From the IMG/VR virus record IMGVR_UViG_3300037067_015585, positions 64,001-128,000 of that record: DNA of 64,000 nt; one strand, written 5' to 3'. Both the position numbers and the translations under genes were made by a program. Positions 38,451 through 47,560 of the stretch are shown piece after piece (position 1 is the first letter of the stretch; every line of letters starts with the position of its first letter). Under the pieces are notes generated by a model that worked only from the letters and a program-made list of their open reading frames with translations, did not search any database and was not told the DNA's origin. Origin of the DNA: a virus (taxonomy: Duplodnaviria; Caudoviricetes).

Positions 38451-39647
38451 TCAGTTATTATGTTTAAATCTGTCTACATCGAGATAGACACCACATTCTT
38501 TCCAATTACACCAATGGGTGCCAATATTAACGCGCACCGGAAAAATTGGGTCATCGTCAAGCACTCCAGAAAAAGGTCTACACATCATATTAGCTATAGA
38601 GCGGATCGTTGACTTTACAGAATTCTTGTTGCACGCTACTGTTATAGAATCATGCGTCTCAACAAGTAACCTATGATGTGCTTCCCACACTTTCCTGATA
38701 GTAAGCTGCATTGCCTGTGCTATAGACCCCTGCATTGTTGAATTGAAGGCAGATCGCGGCTTTTCAGCGTTGAAAAATTCTCTTCCCAGGATACTCGATA
38801 TTGGGCAACCATTGTCGAGTTTATCTTTTTGTATGATCATCCAATTACGCAGGTCGGGAAACATTTGAAAAAATGGGTGGTCAATATCTATTGAATTGAT
38901 AGCACGCAACAGCATAATTTTACATTCTTTTCTCGGAACATCAACCATCATCTCTGACAGTTTTAAATAAGGGTCGGATTCCAATGACATCTTATTTAAA
39001 TTCTTATCGCCACTTAAAATTGCTGCTATGCGTATATCGGCGGCTCTCCAGTCGAAATTCAGAAGATAATCAGATTGGTTGCCACGTGGGTCTGTAATAA
39101 AATCGGCATTGGTAGTACCTTGCAAATTAAAACCGGTGTTCTTGCTTCTACCACTGACTGTGCGATGAGTCCATTTTGGATATTTATGAAATCCGCCAGC
39201 TATGATCCCATTACGTTCTAAACTTTCGTAGACTACTGACGCATTAGCAAATATTTTTTGCCAATCATATAATCTTTGCTCTTGTAACTCATCGAGTATA
39301 TTATTGATCGTTGATGTCGCTTCTTCCAGGGTCCCCGGTATTTTTGGGAGTGGTCGAACAACATCATAAATGTTCAGCCGTTCTTTTGGTAGCGTAAAAT
39401 GAAAACCTGTCAGAATCGACTTAAAATCGTTAGTGACAATTGTTCTCTCACTAAGCAGTGATTTCTCAATCCATTTGTATAGCTTACTAACAGATTTATC
39501 GATATCATAGATACTCCTGCCAGTACCAGGAAAGAATAATGGGATAATGGCATCACGACCAGATGATCTGATGCCAGCAATCGTCGGCCTAAGCCTTCTA
39601 TCGAACAACGCACAGAAATAATCGACAGATTTGTTAGCCAAGACCAT
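38451..39647 (-). CDS. Minimal / divergent family A DNA polymerase-like protein
   Basis: SGRSKNTGFNLQ, motif A DWRAADIRIAAILSGD, AFNSTMQGSIA and motif C ETHDSI. Confidence 0.75.
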   Translation of the reverse strand: MVLANKSVDYFCALFDRRLRPTIAGIRSSGRDAIIPLFFPGTGRSIYDIDKSVSKLYKWIEKSLLSERTIVTNDFKSILTGFHFTLPKERLNIYDVVRPLPKIPGTLEEATSTINNILDELQEQRLYDWQKIFANASVVYESLERNGIIAGGFHKYPKWTHRTVSGRSKNTGFNLQGTTNADFITDPRGNQSDYLLNFDWRAADIRIAAILSGDKNLNKMSLESDPYLKLSEMMVDVPRKECKIMLLRAINSIDIDHPFFQMFPDLRNWMIIQKDKLDNGCPISSILGREFFNAEKPRSAFNSTMQGSIAQAMQLTIRKVWEAHHRLLVETHDSITVACNKNSVKSTIRSIANMMCRPFSGVLDDDPIFPVRVNIGTHWCNWKECGVYLDVDRFKHNN

Positions 39648-39651
39648 TATG

Positions 39652-40056
39652 TTATACGAAATATGTTGGCTTCGGTTTCTCTTTACTACCAGCGCGCAGT
39701 TTATCGACTAAATCTGACTTGTCACTGTCAGTGCGCATATAGCCATATGGGTCATTGTTCTGTAGCTGGTGCAGTGCCATATCTCTTTGCAATGCGGCAG
39801 CGTTTTTCTTCTTATACTCACGCCAGTCACCGCCACGGATTCTAATGTCTATGCTCGTCCCGAGAAACGTTTTATCTGTGTGATTCTTGCCGCACAACGG
39901 ACACTTGGTTTTTTCCTTCAAATCGGCAGCAGTCGGATTCATACTATGTGAAACTTCAAATATGAATTCGAAATGCTCCTCGTCCGTAAGCTCTCTTCCA
40001 AGCATCTTTTCCTTGACGGCTACACAATCATTGCAAGTATAATTATATAACGGCAT
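39652..40056 (-). CDS. FmdB-like zinc-ribbon protein
   Basis: MPLYNYTCNDC...CPLCG. Confidence 0.7.
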   Translation of the reverse strand: MPLYNYTCNDCVAVKEKMLGRELTDEEHFEFIFEVSHSMNPTAADLKEKTKCPLCGKNHTDKTFLGTSIDIRIRGGDWREYKKKNAAALQRDMALHQLQNNDPYGYMRTDSDKSDLVDKLRAGSKEKPKPTYFV

Positions 40057-40070
40057 TACAATCTCGCTTA

Positions 40071-40472
40071 TTACTTGGCGTCAGCACCGACAACGACAAC
40101 AGAGTCGCCGGGCACCTTGGCCAAGATATTGTTATATCGTATCAGCAAAACCTGAGATTTGCCATAGAAAGGATAAATACCACTCAGATCACAAATTACT
40201 TGCTTTGGCACAAATTTAACCATGCTGCCGACAACAAATACTGAACTAATGGCATCATCGACAAGTGGACCAAGACCAACAACTATACCGATCGTCGTTT
40301 CTGCGTCCGGTATGATAATGCTGTTTGATTTTTGGGAAGCGATCGGCGTGATTGCTACATAGTCGCCACCAACAATAATCGGAGTTACTTGGTAGCTTCC
40401 AGATTGTGGTTGGACCACTTCGACATTTGATATAAATGATCTACTCAACAAAGCTTCTTCTGTTTTCGTCAT
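40071..40472 (-). CDS. groES: Co-chaperonin (GroES / T4 gp31-like)
   Basis: GDYVAI, IIIPD, GIVVGLGP, VGSMVKF and NILAKV. Confidence 0.7.
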   Translation of the reverse strand: MTKTEEALLSRSFISNVEVVQPQSGSYQVTPIIVGGDYVAITPIASQKSNSIIIPDAETTIGIVVGLGPLVDDAISSVFVVGSMVKFVPKQVICDLSGIYPFYGKSQVLLIRYNNILAKVPGDSVVVVGADAK

Positions 40473-40507
40473 GATTATTCCTGTGGTTTGTGTAAATCTT
40501 AAAATAC

Positions 40508-41938
40508 TTATATACGATCATCAATTTCCATGATCGCCATTTTGTCATAAAACACATTGGTAGTGATTGGAACAAACTTTGGACCATTACGATTTTTAGC
40601 GATCCAAAGCCTAATGGTAGACCCAGCCTTGGGGTTCAACTCGCCTCTTCGATATTCCTCTTCAGTTTGATTCAAACTAACAACATAATCAACTGGCATA
40701 GCCTTACCAAAGCTTTCTGCAGCCTTATCTAAGTCGATATGTACTGGTGCTGCTGGTGCGCCTTGTGGGCCATTATTTGGTTGTTTATCATTCTTTGCAC
40801 CACTCCGATTGGTTTGTGTTGCAGTATAAACCAATACCTTTTCGTTTTTTGCTAGTCCACGTATTTCTGTTGCAGTGCTTTTTTGTCTTGTGTAGTCGCC
40901 TTCACTATTACTATAACTATGTCGGCTTTGCATCAGTTCGAGATAATCAAGAACAACTACTTTCGGCGACCATCCCTTCATCTTGCGAACTGTTGTGATT
41001 ATATTATATATATCATTGACACTACATTCATCTGGTGGCAATTCATAAATAACTAAATCGCCCTTGTTCTTTTCTCTTTCTTTTTGAACGACATTGCGTA
41101 CTTTATCCTGCGTATGACGTATTTCATACTGCTCATCATCAGCTAATGTTGATATATTAGCACGTGAGAATTTATTTATTGGCGTCATCGACATACGAGC
41201 AGCCAACCGTGTTGCCGTTTTAAATGCAGATAATTCAAAAGTTACAAATAAAACATTGTGTCCGTCTTGTAAAGCAGCGTTTGCTACATTAACTAATGTC
41301 AACGTCTTCCCAACGCCAGTCGGTGCAAGAAATATTAACACTTCACCAGGAGATGGACCACCATCATTTAACTTCTCGTCAAGACCAGGAAAACCTGTTT
41401 TTATATGTTCTATAGCGGTATCTTCAAATATTTCGTTTATCTGATCAAAAAACCAGAATCCCTGCTGCCCGACGGTACTGATACTTGAAGCAGAATCAAT
41501 AACCTTTCGTAAAAAATCGTAATCTTTGCGCTCATATGCTGCTGCTGCTTCGTCTGTAAACAGTTGAGCATATGATTTATATTCAACCCATTCACGCAGC
41601 ATCTTACTTAATATTGGAGCTTCTCTTGGGTCGGATGGCTTATCGACAATAGCTAATATATCCTCATAAGGATCATCAACAGTTAATTGTTTAGATAATC
41701 GGTCGTGTAATAATCCGCGTGTGGGTAGGATACCGAATTTTTCGTAATCCTGGCTAAGTGCAGCAATTACAAATTTTACCTCTGGTCTAGTAAACAAATC
41801 GGCAGTAATATACTTCGACATCGAAACAAACAACTCTGGGAAATCAAGAATCAGCGATATAACGCCAGGTTCTGAGTTTGGACCAAACGGCGTTTGTACT
41901 ACCTCTTGCCCTGATTGATCTTGTAAAGCCTGTATCAT
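40508..41938 (-). CDS. dnaB: Replicative DNA helicase (DnaB / gp41-like)
   Basis: TGFPGLD, APTGVGKT, VVLDYLELM, TATQTNR and AKNRNGP. Confidence 0.95.
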   Translation of the reverse strand: MIQALQDQSGQEVVQTPFGPNSEPGVISLILDFPELFVSMSKYITADLFTRPEVKFVIAALSQDYEKFGILPTRGLLHDRLSKQLTVDDPYEDILAIVDKPSDPREAPILSKMLREWVEYKSYAQLFTDEAAAAYERKDYDFLRKVIDSASSISTVGQQGFWFFDQINEIFEDTAIEHIKTGFPGLDEKLNDGGPSPGEVLIFLAPTGVGKTLTLVNVANAALQDGHNVLFVTFELSAFKTATRLAARMSMTPINKFSRANISTLADDEQYEIRHTQDKVRNVVQKEREKNKGDLVIYELPPDECSVNDIYNIITTVRKMKGWSPKVVVLDYLELMQSRHSYSNSEGDYTRQKSTATEIRGLAKNEKVLVYTATQTNRSGAKNDKQPNNGPQGAPAAPVHIDLDKAAESFGKAMPVDYVVSLNQTEEEYRRGELNPKAGSTIRLWIAKNRNGPKFVPITTNVFYDKMAIMEIDDRI

Positions 41939-41999
41939 ATAAAAGCCTTGAGACTTTGTTGTGTTCGGTTTATTTCCCGAACTTCAATACGTCTCATTA

Positions 42000-42317
42000 T
42001 TACGATAATCCCTGATATAATCTTTGTAGAGTGTTTAGCTGATTTTGTAAACTAGCTATACTAGTCCCTAATGCTTCTTTATATCCAATCAGATCTTCTT
42101 CGTAGAATCTGATTGGCAAGGTTTTTTGTCCAGTGATTCTGTCCCCGATAGTTTGCACAGCGTCCGGTTGCTTTAATGATGTTAACAGTGTATACACCAA
42201 CTTTCCGTCAGGTTGATATGCCATATCTTTAACAATATAAGCCTCAACAAATCCTAATGCAGCCGATTCCCTAAGATATACTACTTGGCCAATATCGTAA
42301 GTTGGTGCTTTAGCCAT
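42000..42317 (-). CDS. Hypothetical protein
   Basis: TAATG-coupled to recA. Confidence 0.75.
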   Translation of the reverse strand: MAKAPTYDIGQVVYLRESAALGFVEAYIVKDMAYQPDGKLVYTLLTSLKQPDAVQTIGDRITGQKTLPIRFYEEDLIGYKEALGTSIASLQNQLNTLQRLYQGLS

Positions 42318-43456
42318 TACTCGACCTCATCAAACGTTTGTTCATCTGCGTCTTGCTCTTCTGTATCTTTGGTAGAGTCATCTGTAGACGAACAGGTTTC
42401 TTGGTCGGATGCCATTATTCGGTATGTCTCGTCAGAAACTAATTTAAATAATTCCTTGTCGGCAATTAATGTTTCAACTAGTTTCTGCTTTCCAACAGCA
42501 ACTTTACGATCTGCAAAATAATAATTAGATCCCTTCAATACGACTACTGATAATGCGAGAGCGGCATCGATCAACGACTGTGTTTTATTAAACCCGTATA
42601 CTCCGCCAACACCGAAATGGATCTCAAGGGCAGCTGATCGAAATGGTGGAGCAACCTTATTTTTAGCAATTTTGATTTTTGTCACCATACCATATGGATG
42701 ATTACCTTCTCGTAGTGTCTCGGCTCTACGAACTTCCATCCTTACTGAAGAATAAAACTTCAATGCCCTTCCGCCAGGAGTAGTTTCTGGATGCATGTAG
42801 CTCGGACCACCCTGCCCAATTTTATCACGAAGCTGATTTATAAATAGTACCGTTGTGCCAGTTTTTAGACATTTACCAGCCAACTTTCGCATGCTCTTTG
42901 ACATCATTCTAGCTTGCGCACCGATCTGTTTATCACCAATATCGCCATCCAATTCCTCTTGTGGAACTAGTGCGGCAACAGAATCGACAACAACCAACCC
43001 AACTATACCAGAATCTGTGAGTGCTTGAACTATGTCTAGAGCTTGCTCGCCACTATCGGGCTGCGATAATAGCCACTTCTTAACATCGACACCAATATTA
43101 GTAGCCCAATCGTAATCGAGAGCATGCTCAGCATCAACATATGCAACGACCATACCCTGCTGCTGATAACTTGAAACAATTTGCAATGCTAGAGTAGTCT
43201 TACCACTAGATTCAGTACCATATGCTTCTATAATTCTTCCCTCAGGAAGACCGCGACAACCAAGGGCGATATCCAAACTCGGCAACCCTGTTGAGGTTGA
43301 CTTTGTTGGTTTTATTGCTGTTTCGCCACCCCAATGAATTGAATCGCCAAATTTCTTTTCCAAATCGGCTATCATATCATCGAAGCTAATCTTTTCTCCC
43401 GTTTCGTCCGCCGTTGTCTGTGCCGCCGATTTTGTCGATGTTTTCTTTTTTGCCAT
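42317..43456 (-). CDS. recA: RecA recombinase
   Basis: GTESSGKTT, DAEHALD, SQPDSGEQAL, VVDSVAALVP, GGRALKFYSS and KNKVAPPF. Confidence 0.98.
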   Translation of the reverse strand: MAKKKTSTKSAAQTTADETGEKISFDDMIADLEKKFGDSIHWGGETAIKPTKSTSTGLPSLDIALGCRGLPEGRIIEAYGTESSGKTTLALQIVSSYQQQGMVVAYVDAEHALDYDWATNIGVDVKKWLLSQPDSGEQALDIVQALTDSGIVGLVVVDSVAALVPQEELDGDIGDKQIGAQARMMSKSMRKLAGKCLKTGTTVLFINQLRDKIGQGGPSYMHPETTPGGRALKFYSSVRMEVRRAETLREGNHPYGMVTKIKIAKNKVAPPFRSAALEIHFGVGGVYGFNKTQSLIDAALALSVVVLKGSNYYFADRKVAVGKQKLVETLIADKELFKLVSDETYRIMASDQETCSSTDDSTKDTEEQDADEQTFDEVE

Positions 43457-43748
43457 TCTTTGGGCCTTTGTGGTAACAAATGTTCGTTAAACAATCTATA
43501 ATTTCTTGGCGATCGTGCGTAGCCGCTTTTTTGATATCACTTAATGGAATACGTATTAAAGTTTCATCTTTAGCTAGAAGAGCATCCCCATCGATCAATC
43601 CCACAACACTCCACCTGCCGTGAGGGCTGGTTGAATATCCCGGCCTTGCTGATAACCATCTAACACGCTTGACAGTCAATAATTCTACCTGATCAAGCTG
43701 CTGAATTATCGGCCTAGGTTCGTCTGGTACGTAATTAGAATTATCCAT
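43386..43748 (-). CDS. Hypothetical protein
   Basis: ORF overlapping the recA start. Confidence 0.6.
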   Translation of the reverse strand: MDNSNYVPDEPRPIIQQLDQVELLTVKRVRWLSARPGYSTSPHGRWSVVGLIDGDALLAKDETLIRIPLSDIKKAATHDRQEIIDCLTNICYHKGPKNGKKENIDKIGGTDNGGRNGRKD

Positions 43749-43784
43749 TCATCATCCGAGCAAAGATTTTTTCAGGAGAATGCC

Positions 43785-44234
43785 ATGAACAGCAATGAAA
43801 AACTGCTAACCGAAGCAATCCAAACATATCTACAACACAAGGTGCAGCTTGGAGTGCCAGATCCACCTGAAGATTTGGCTGATGTTGATTCTAAGTCATT
43901 ACAATACTTGCATGAGCAAATCAATGATTTGTTCGAGCTAAAATCGATTGATCTTGTGTGCCATGAGGGTGTGTGTAGAGCCTTCAGGAAAGTTCACAGC
44001 TATAAATATATTACAGATCCTCTTTTCCAAAAGACCTTGATGCAGGAAATGCATAGTCAAGGCGTGCTCGGCACTGAACAAGAAAAAGTAATTGGAATAT
44101 TAGATACGATTAAAGAAGAAGTCAGCGAAGGCGATGGATGGAATGAACAAGATGCTGGCTATCATCCCGATCTAAAGGGAATAATCGCTGTCAGTAAGCC
44201 TGGACAATCGCCCGGTAGCACAGAAAGCGAATAA
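43785..44234 (+). CDS. Hypothetical protein, possible internal head protein
   Basis: CAGGAG SD; CAAAGATT motif; N-terminal KLLTE. Confidence 0.75.
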   Translation: MNSNEKLLTEAIQTYLQHKVQLGVPDPPEDLADVDSKSLQYLHEQINDLFELKSIDLVCHEGVCRAFRKVHSYKYITDPLFQKTLMQEMHSQGVLGTEQEKVIGILDTIKEEVSEGDGWNEQDAGYHPDLKGIIAVSKPGQSPGSTESE

Positions 44235-44482
44235 TGAAATTATTATTGCTAAGCGAAGGCGATCTTATAAAGGCACTAGCGCGTGCTTGTGGTTCACAAT
44301 ATGGACGTAAGCCGCTATTGCAGATGAGCACTATTGATACTAAGCCCGAAAACGGAGGAGATTCTGGCTCTAGAGCCACCGGTTTCACTTCTCAATCTAG
44401 TGGCACACCAATGAAACCGAGGCATAGAAGATTCTTGGGTGTATCGACAAGACAATTTAGTCTATCGCCACCTGGTCTTTAG
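44234..44482 (+). CDS. Hypothetical protein with an MKLLLLSEG N-terminus
   Basis: TAATG coupling with the upstream gene. Confidence 0.7.
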   Translation: MKLLLLSEGDLIKALARACGSQYGRKPLLQMSTIDTKPENGGDSGSRATGFTSQSSGTPMKPRHRRFLGVSTRQFSLSPPGL

Positions 44483-44660
44483 AATTTGCTGCCTTTTTAA
44501 GATCTTGTATTATCTCTCGATCAATCTCATCACGTATAATACTCGGATCTGCAATAGCAGCATTCATCATTCTTTGTATTATTTCGCGATCGATTCTATT
44601 ACGCATAATATTTAGATCTGAAATAGTAGCGCCAGCAATATCGTATTCTTGTGTTTCCAT
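44457..44660 (-). CDS. Small protein with a duplicated IDREII motif
   Basis: AGGAG SD. Confidence 0.65.
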   Translation of the reverse strand: METQEYDIAGATISDLNIMRNRIDREIIQRMMNAAIADPSIIRDEIDREIIQDLKKAANSKDQVAID

Positions 44661-44674
44661 CTATAATCTCCTAG

Positions 44675-45460
44675 CTAAACCATACAAGAGCCATCACATT
44701 TCGGACAAACAATAGTCTCTGTCGGGCTCTTTGAAATAATTCCTTCACCTTTGCACATAGGACAACGACGAACATCATATCCGTCCTTGAAAGAATGTGC
44801 TGTTCCTGATTCGTCGGCAACAGAAGCATTAGCCTGTTGCTTGAATCTGCGTTGTAATTCAGCGTCGGTCATAGCTTTAGAAATTCTAACCCTTGTAGTA
44901 CCAAGGCCATCTTGTCTAATAGCTGGAATCGCCATTGGTGTGCCATGTCTGCCTTCGGCAAGTTCCATTTTTACTAGACCTTCTCTGGAACCTTCTGGGA
45001 GCTTGCTACTAAGATCGTTTGGATCATAAGCGCTGTGTCTTTCAACACCAGTACCATTAATAGATCCTGATAACCCAGAAACACGTCTTTGCATAACATT
45101 ATCGACCTCAGAAGCCGATAACACGCCATCTTCTCTACCCCCATGCAGTTCACTTACAACCTGCTCCTTGATGACTGTTTTTTGCGTTTGTGCTTCTGCT
45201 CTTGGTGCTGCTACTATAGATAGGCTTCCTTGAGGCACTACAGTCATCCCAAGTTTAGCTGCTTGAGCTAAAAATTCCTGCATTTGCGCATCTCGCTCCG
45301 ACTTCCATTTTAGATATGCAGCTTTGGCCTTTTTAGGGGTTATATCATCTGCATGCTCTGCACAAACTTTCACGGTAATCTTTTGATCGTCGATAGTGAC
45401 AACTAGTTCAGTGTCGAGATCTTTAGTAGAACCACATATAATACAATTGTCGTTTTGCAT
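44675..45460 (-). CDS. Hypothetical zinc-finger protein
   Basis: CIIC...CAEH at the N-terminus; CPMCKGEG...CPKCDGSC at the C-terminus. Confidence 0.75.
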   Translation of the reverse strand: MQNDNCIICGSTKDLDTELVVTIDDQKITVKVCAEHADDITPKKAKAAYLKWKSERDAQMQEFLAQAAKLGMTVVPQGSLSIVAAPRAEAQTQKTVIKEQVVSELHGGREDGVLSASEVDNVMQRRVSGLSGSINGTGVERHSAYDPNDLSSKLPEGSREGLVKMELAEGRHGTPMAIPAIRQDGLGTTRVRISKAMTDAELQRRFKQQANASVADESGTAHSFKDGYDVRRCPMCKGEGIISKSPTETIVCPKCDGSCMV

Positions 45461-45520
45461 GGCCACCTTCGTATTTTAATGTCGTACCTCAAATACAGCA
45501 ACTCGCACCAATTATATACT

Positions 45521-45916
45521 ATGACAAAAATCAACATTATTGCAGTAGACCTTGGTGATCCGATAGAAAAAATTATTGCCGAGGATGTACGACAATTAAG
45601 TGAAGAAACTATAGCAAATATCAAAATGGCTGCTAATGAGAAAATGATCGGACCGGTTAGGACTGATCCTGAAACGTTAGCTACAGAGGCTGCTTATCAA
45701 TTATTGCTGGCAGAAATATCGAAAGATCCAGTAGAAATCGACAGGCTTATCGCAGCCGCAAGCCCTGCCGTAACAAATCCATCATCGTTAATGATGCGTA
45801 TGAAGGGATTATTAAAAGCAAAGGGTAATGATTATTATATTAAAAGAAGTACGCGAGGTGGTAAGCCTGTTTATAGGTTGATACCATACAATTTAGAAGC
45901 TACTCGTGAAGAGTAG
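45521..45916 (+). CDS. Hypothetical protein, possible winged-helix C-terminus
   Basis: Likely start MTKINII; helix followed by a beta-hairpin ending GKPVYRL. Confidence 0.6.
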   Translation: MTKINIIAVDLGDPIEKIIAEDVRQLSEETIANIKMAANEKMIGPVRTDPETLATEAAYQLLLAEISKDPVEIDRLIAAASPAVTNPSSLMMRMKGLLKAKGNDYYIKRSTRGGKPVYRLIPYNLEATREE

Positions 45917-46619
45917 TTGATTGAATACGTTTTATAAGCTTGGCTAGAATTGCAATTTGATGTTTGAAATCTGCACGCCTTGATTTATCTGCCAAATTTA
46001 ATGGTGACGGATGATATGCGGCAAATATCTTAACGCCGAATTCTTCACTTTTCGTTATTTTCCCCAACGATTCTGAATATCTAATGCCTGGACATAGCGC
46101 CTCGAACGCCGACGCACCAAGAGTTATTACTAACAATGGATTTATTAGCCCAATCTCCATCATCAGAAAAGGTTTACATTTCTGAGTTTGTTGGTAATTT
46201 GGCTTTGCATTATCTTTCACGAAGCACTTAATAGTATTCGTTATATAGAATAAAGATCTATCAATACCATTATTAGCTAATTCGTCGTCGAAGTTCTTAC
46301 CAGACGCACCAATAAATGGAGTTCCTTTAGTTATTTCGTCCCATCCTGGCCCTTGCCCGCAAACAAAAAACCTTGTCGGATTCATATTAGATAATACATG
46401 TGGATCGCGACAAATACCATTCCTCTCTGCGTCCTTTCTACCAAGTTCGCAACACGTACAAGCACTACAACACAAGCTCATCTGCTTCAGCATCCTTAGT
46501 TTGCGTTCGAAAGGACTTTCGTTTTTACCCATAATTCCAACATCCCAATTGCAAATAATTTCACGTTCCCTAAAAGAATAATTAGGGCCAGCTTCCCAAT
46601 TAAAAATTTCTAAATCCAT
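45900..46619 (-). CDS. Uracil-DNA glycosylase (family 4-like, Fe-S)
   Basis: CTCCEL, GQGPG, PFIGASG, YITNTIKC, LGASA and YHPSP. Confidence 0.9.
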   Translation of the reverse strand: MDLEIFNWEAGPNYSFREREIICNWDVGIMGKNESPFERKLRMLKQMSLCCSACTCCELGRKDAERNGICRDPHVLSNMNPTRFFVCGQGPGWDEITKGTPFIGASGKNFDDELANNGIDRSLFYITNTIKCFVKDNAKPNYQQTQKCKPFLMMEIGLINPLLVITLGASAFEALCPGIRYSESLGKITKSEEFGVKIFAAYHPSPLNLADKSRRADFKHQIAILAKLIKRIQSTTLHE

Positions 46620-46655
46620 AGGTAAATAATACTAAAGTGAATTATAGGACATATT

Positions 46656-47141
46656 ATGCTGACTACCGACAAACGCGGGATTATTTGTGATCGCTGTAAT
46701 ATGAATGTAGTCGAAAAGTTTACGTACTATTCATTCGATGCAAAGGAAGTGTCTGTCGTCAACAATTCGATGTCGTTTATAAATTCAGAATCTTCTGCTT
46801 ATTCTTTCGATATTTGTCAACGATGCATGGAGGAAATGAAGGCGATCATTATAAAATGCTATAAGCCGAGCAGAATTATTAATAATAGATCGTGCCCGCA
46901 AGGAGTTTTTTGCGACCTTAGCGGCATTCATATGATTGGTACATTTACATGCTATTATATATGTGTTTCGATAGTTATTGTAAATATCGATATGAATCCA
47001 TCAGCGAACATCAAAGATGATAAATACTTAGAGTTGTGGGTATCGACTGACGCTTTCACACAATTGAAAAACAGAGCAATAGAAATCAAAACCAATAAGG
47101 ATAATAAAACATGGTCAGCACAAGCGATACAAACAAAATAA
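46656..47141 (+). CDS. Cys-rich hypothetical protein
   Basis: CDRC, DICQRC and CDLSG. Confidence 0.7.
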   Translation: MLTTDKRGIICDRCNMNVVEKFTYYSFDAKEVSVVNNSMSFINSESSAYSFDICQRCMEEMKAIIIKCYKPSRIINNRSCPQGVFCDLSGIHMIGTFTCYYICVSIVIVNIDMNPSANIKDDKYLELWVSTDAFTQLKNRAIEIKTNKDNKTWSAQAIQTK

Positions 47142-47560
47142 TATTGCCACAACCAGAAAATTCAACGCAATATCAGCTTGTCACTTTTATGGTCGCTATC
47201 CCTACACAAACCCCAACTACAACATCAGAAACACAAGGAAGACCTTTTGAGTTCGTTGAAGATAAGCCGTCAAAATTTTCTGTAATGTGCCCATTCTGTT
47301 GTGCTGGCTTATATGTCGATGTGCATGATATCACAGAAAAATATGGATACAAATTCATATCATGTTCAGAATGCAATGCTGGAAAGCCAGAACCAGTGAA
47401 AAAAATACCAGCGATGCCAGATCCGTTTGTAAACCCATTTAGCAGCAAGCAACTTAATCGTTGCGAATTAGACGAGACTGTGACGCCAATCGATAGCATA
47501 CAAGACGATGGCTCACTAACCGTCGCACAGAAAATGTCGAGAGTAGCATGCACGGAGTGA
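47111..47560 (+). CDS. Zinc-ribbon hypothetical protein
   Basis: CPFC...CSEC. Confidence 0.65.
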   Translation: MVSTSDTNKIILPQPENSTQYQLVTFMVAIPTQTPTTTSETQGRPFEFVEDKPSKFSVMCPFCCAGLYVDVHDITEKYGYKFISCSECNAGKPEPVKKIPAMPDPFVNPFSSKQLNRCELDETVTPIDSIQDDGSLTVAQKMSRVACTE

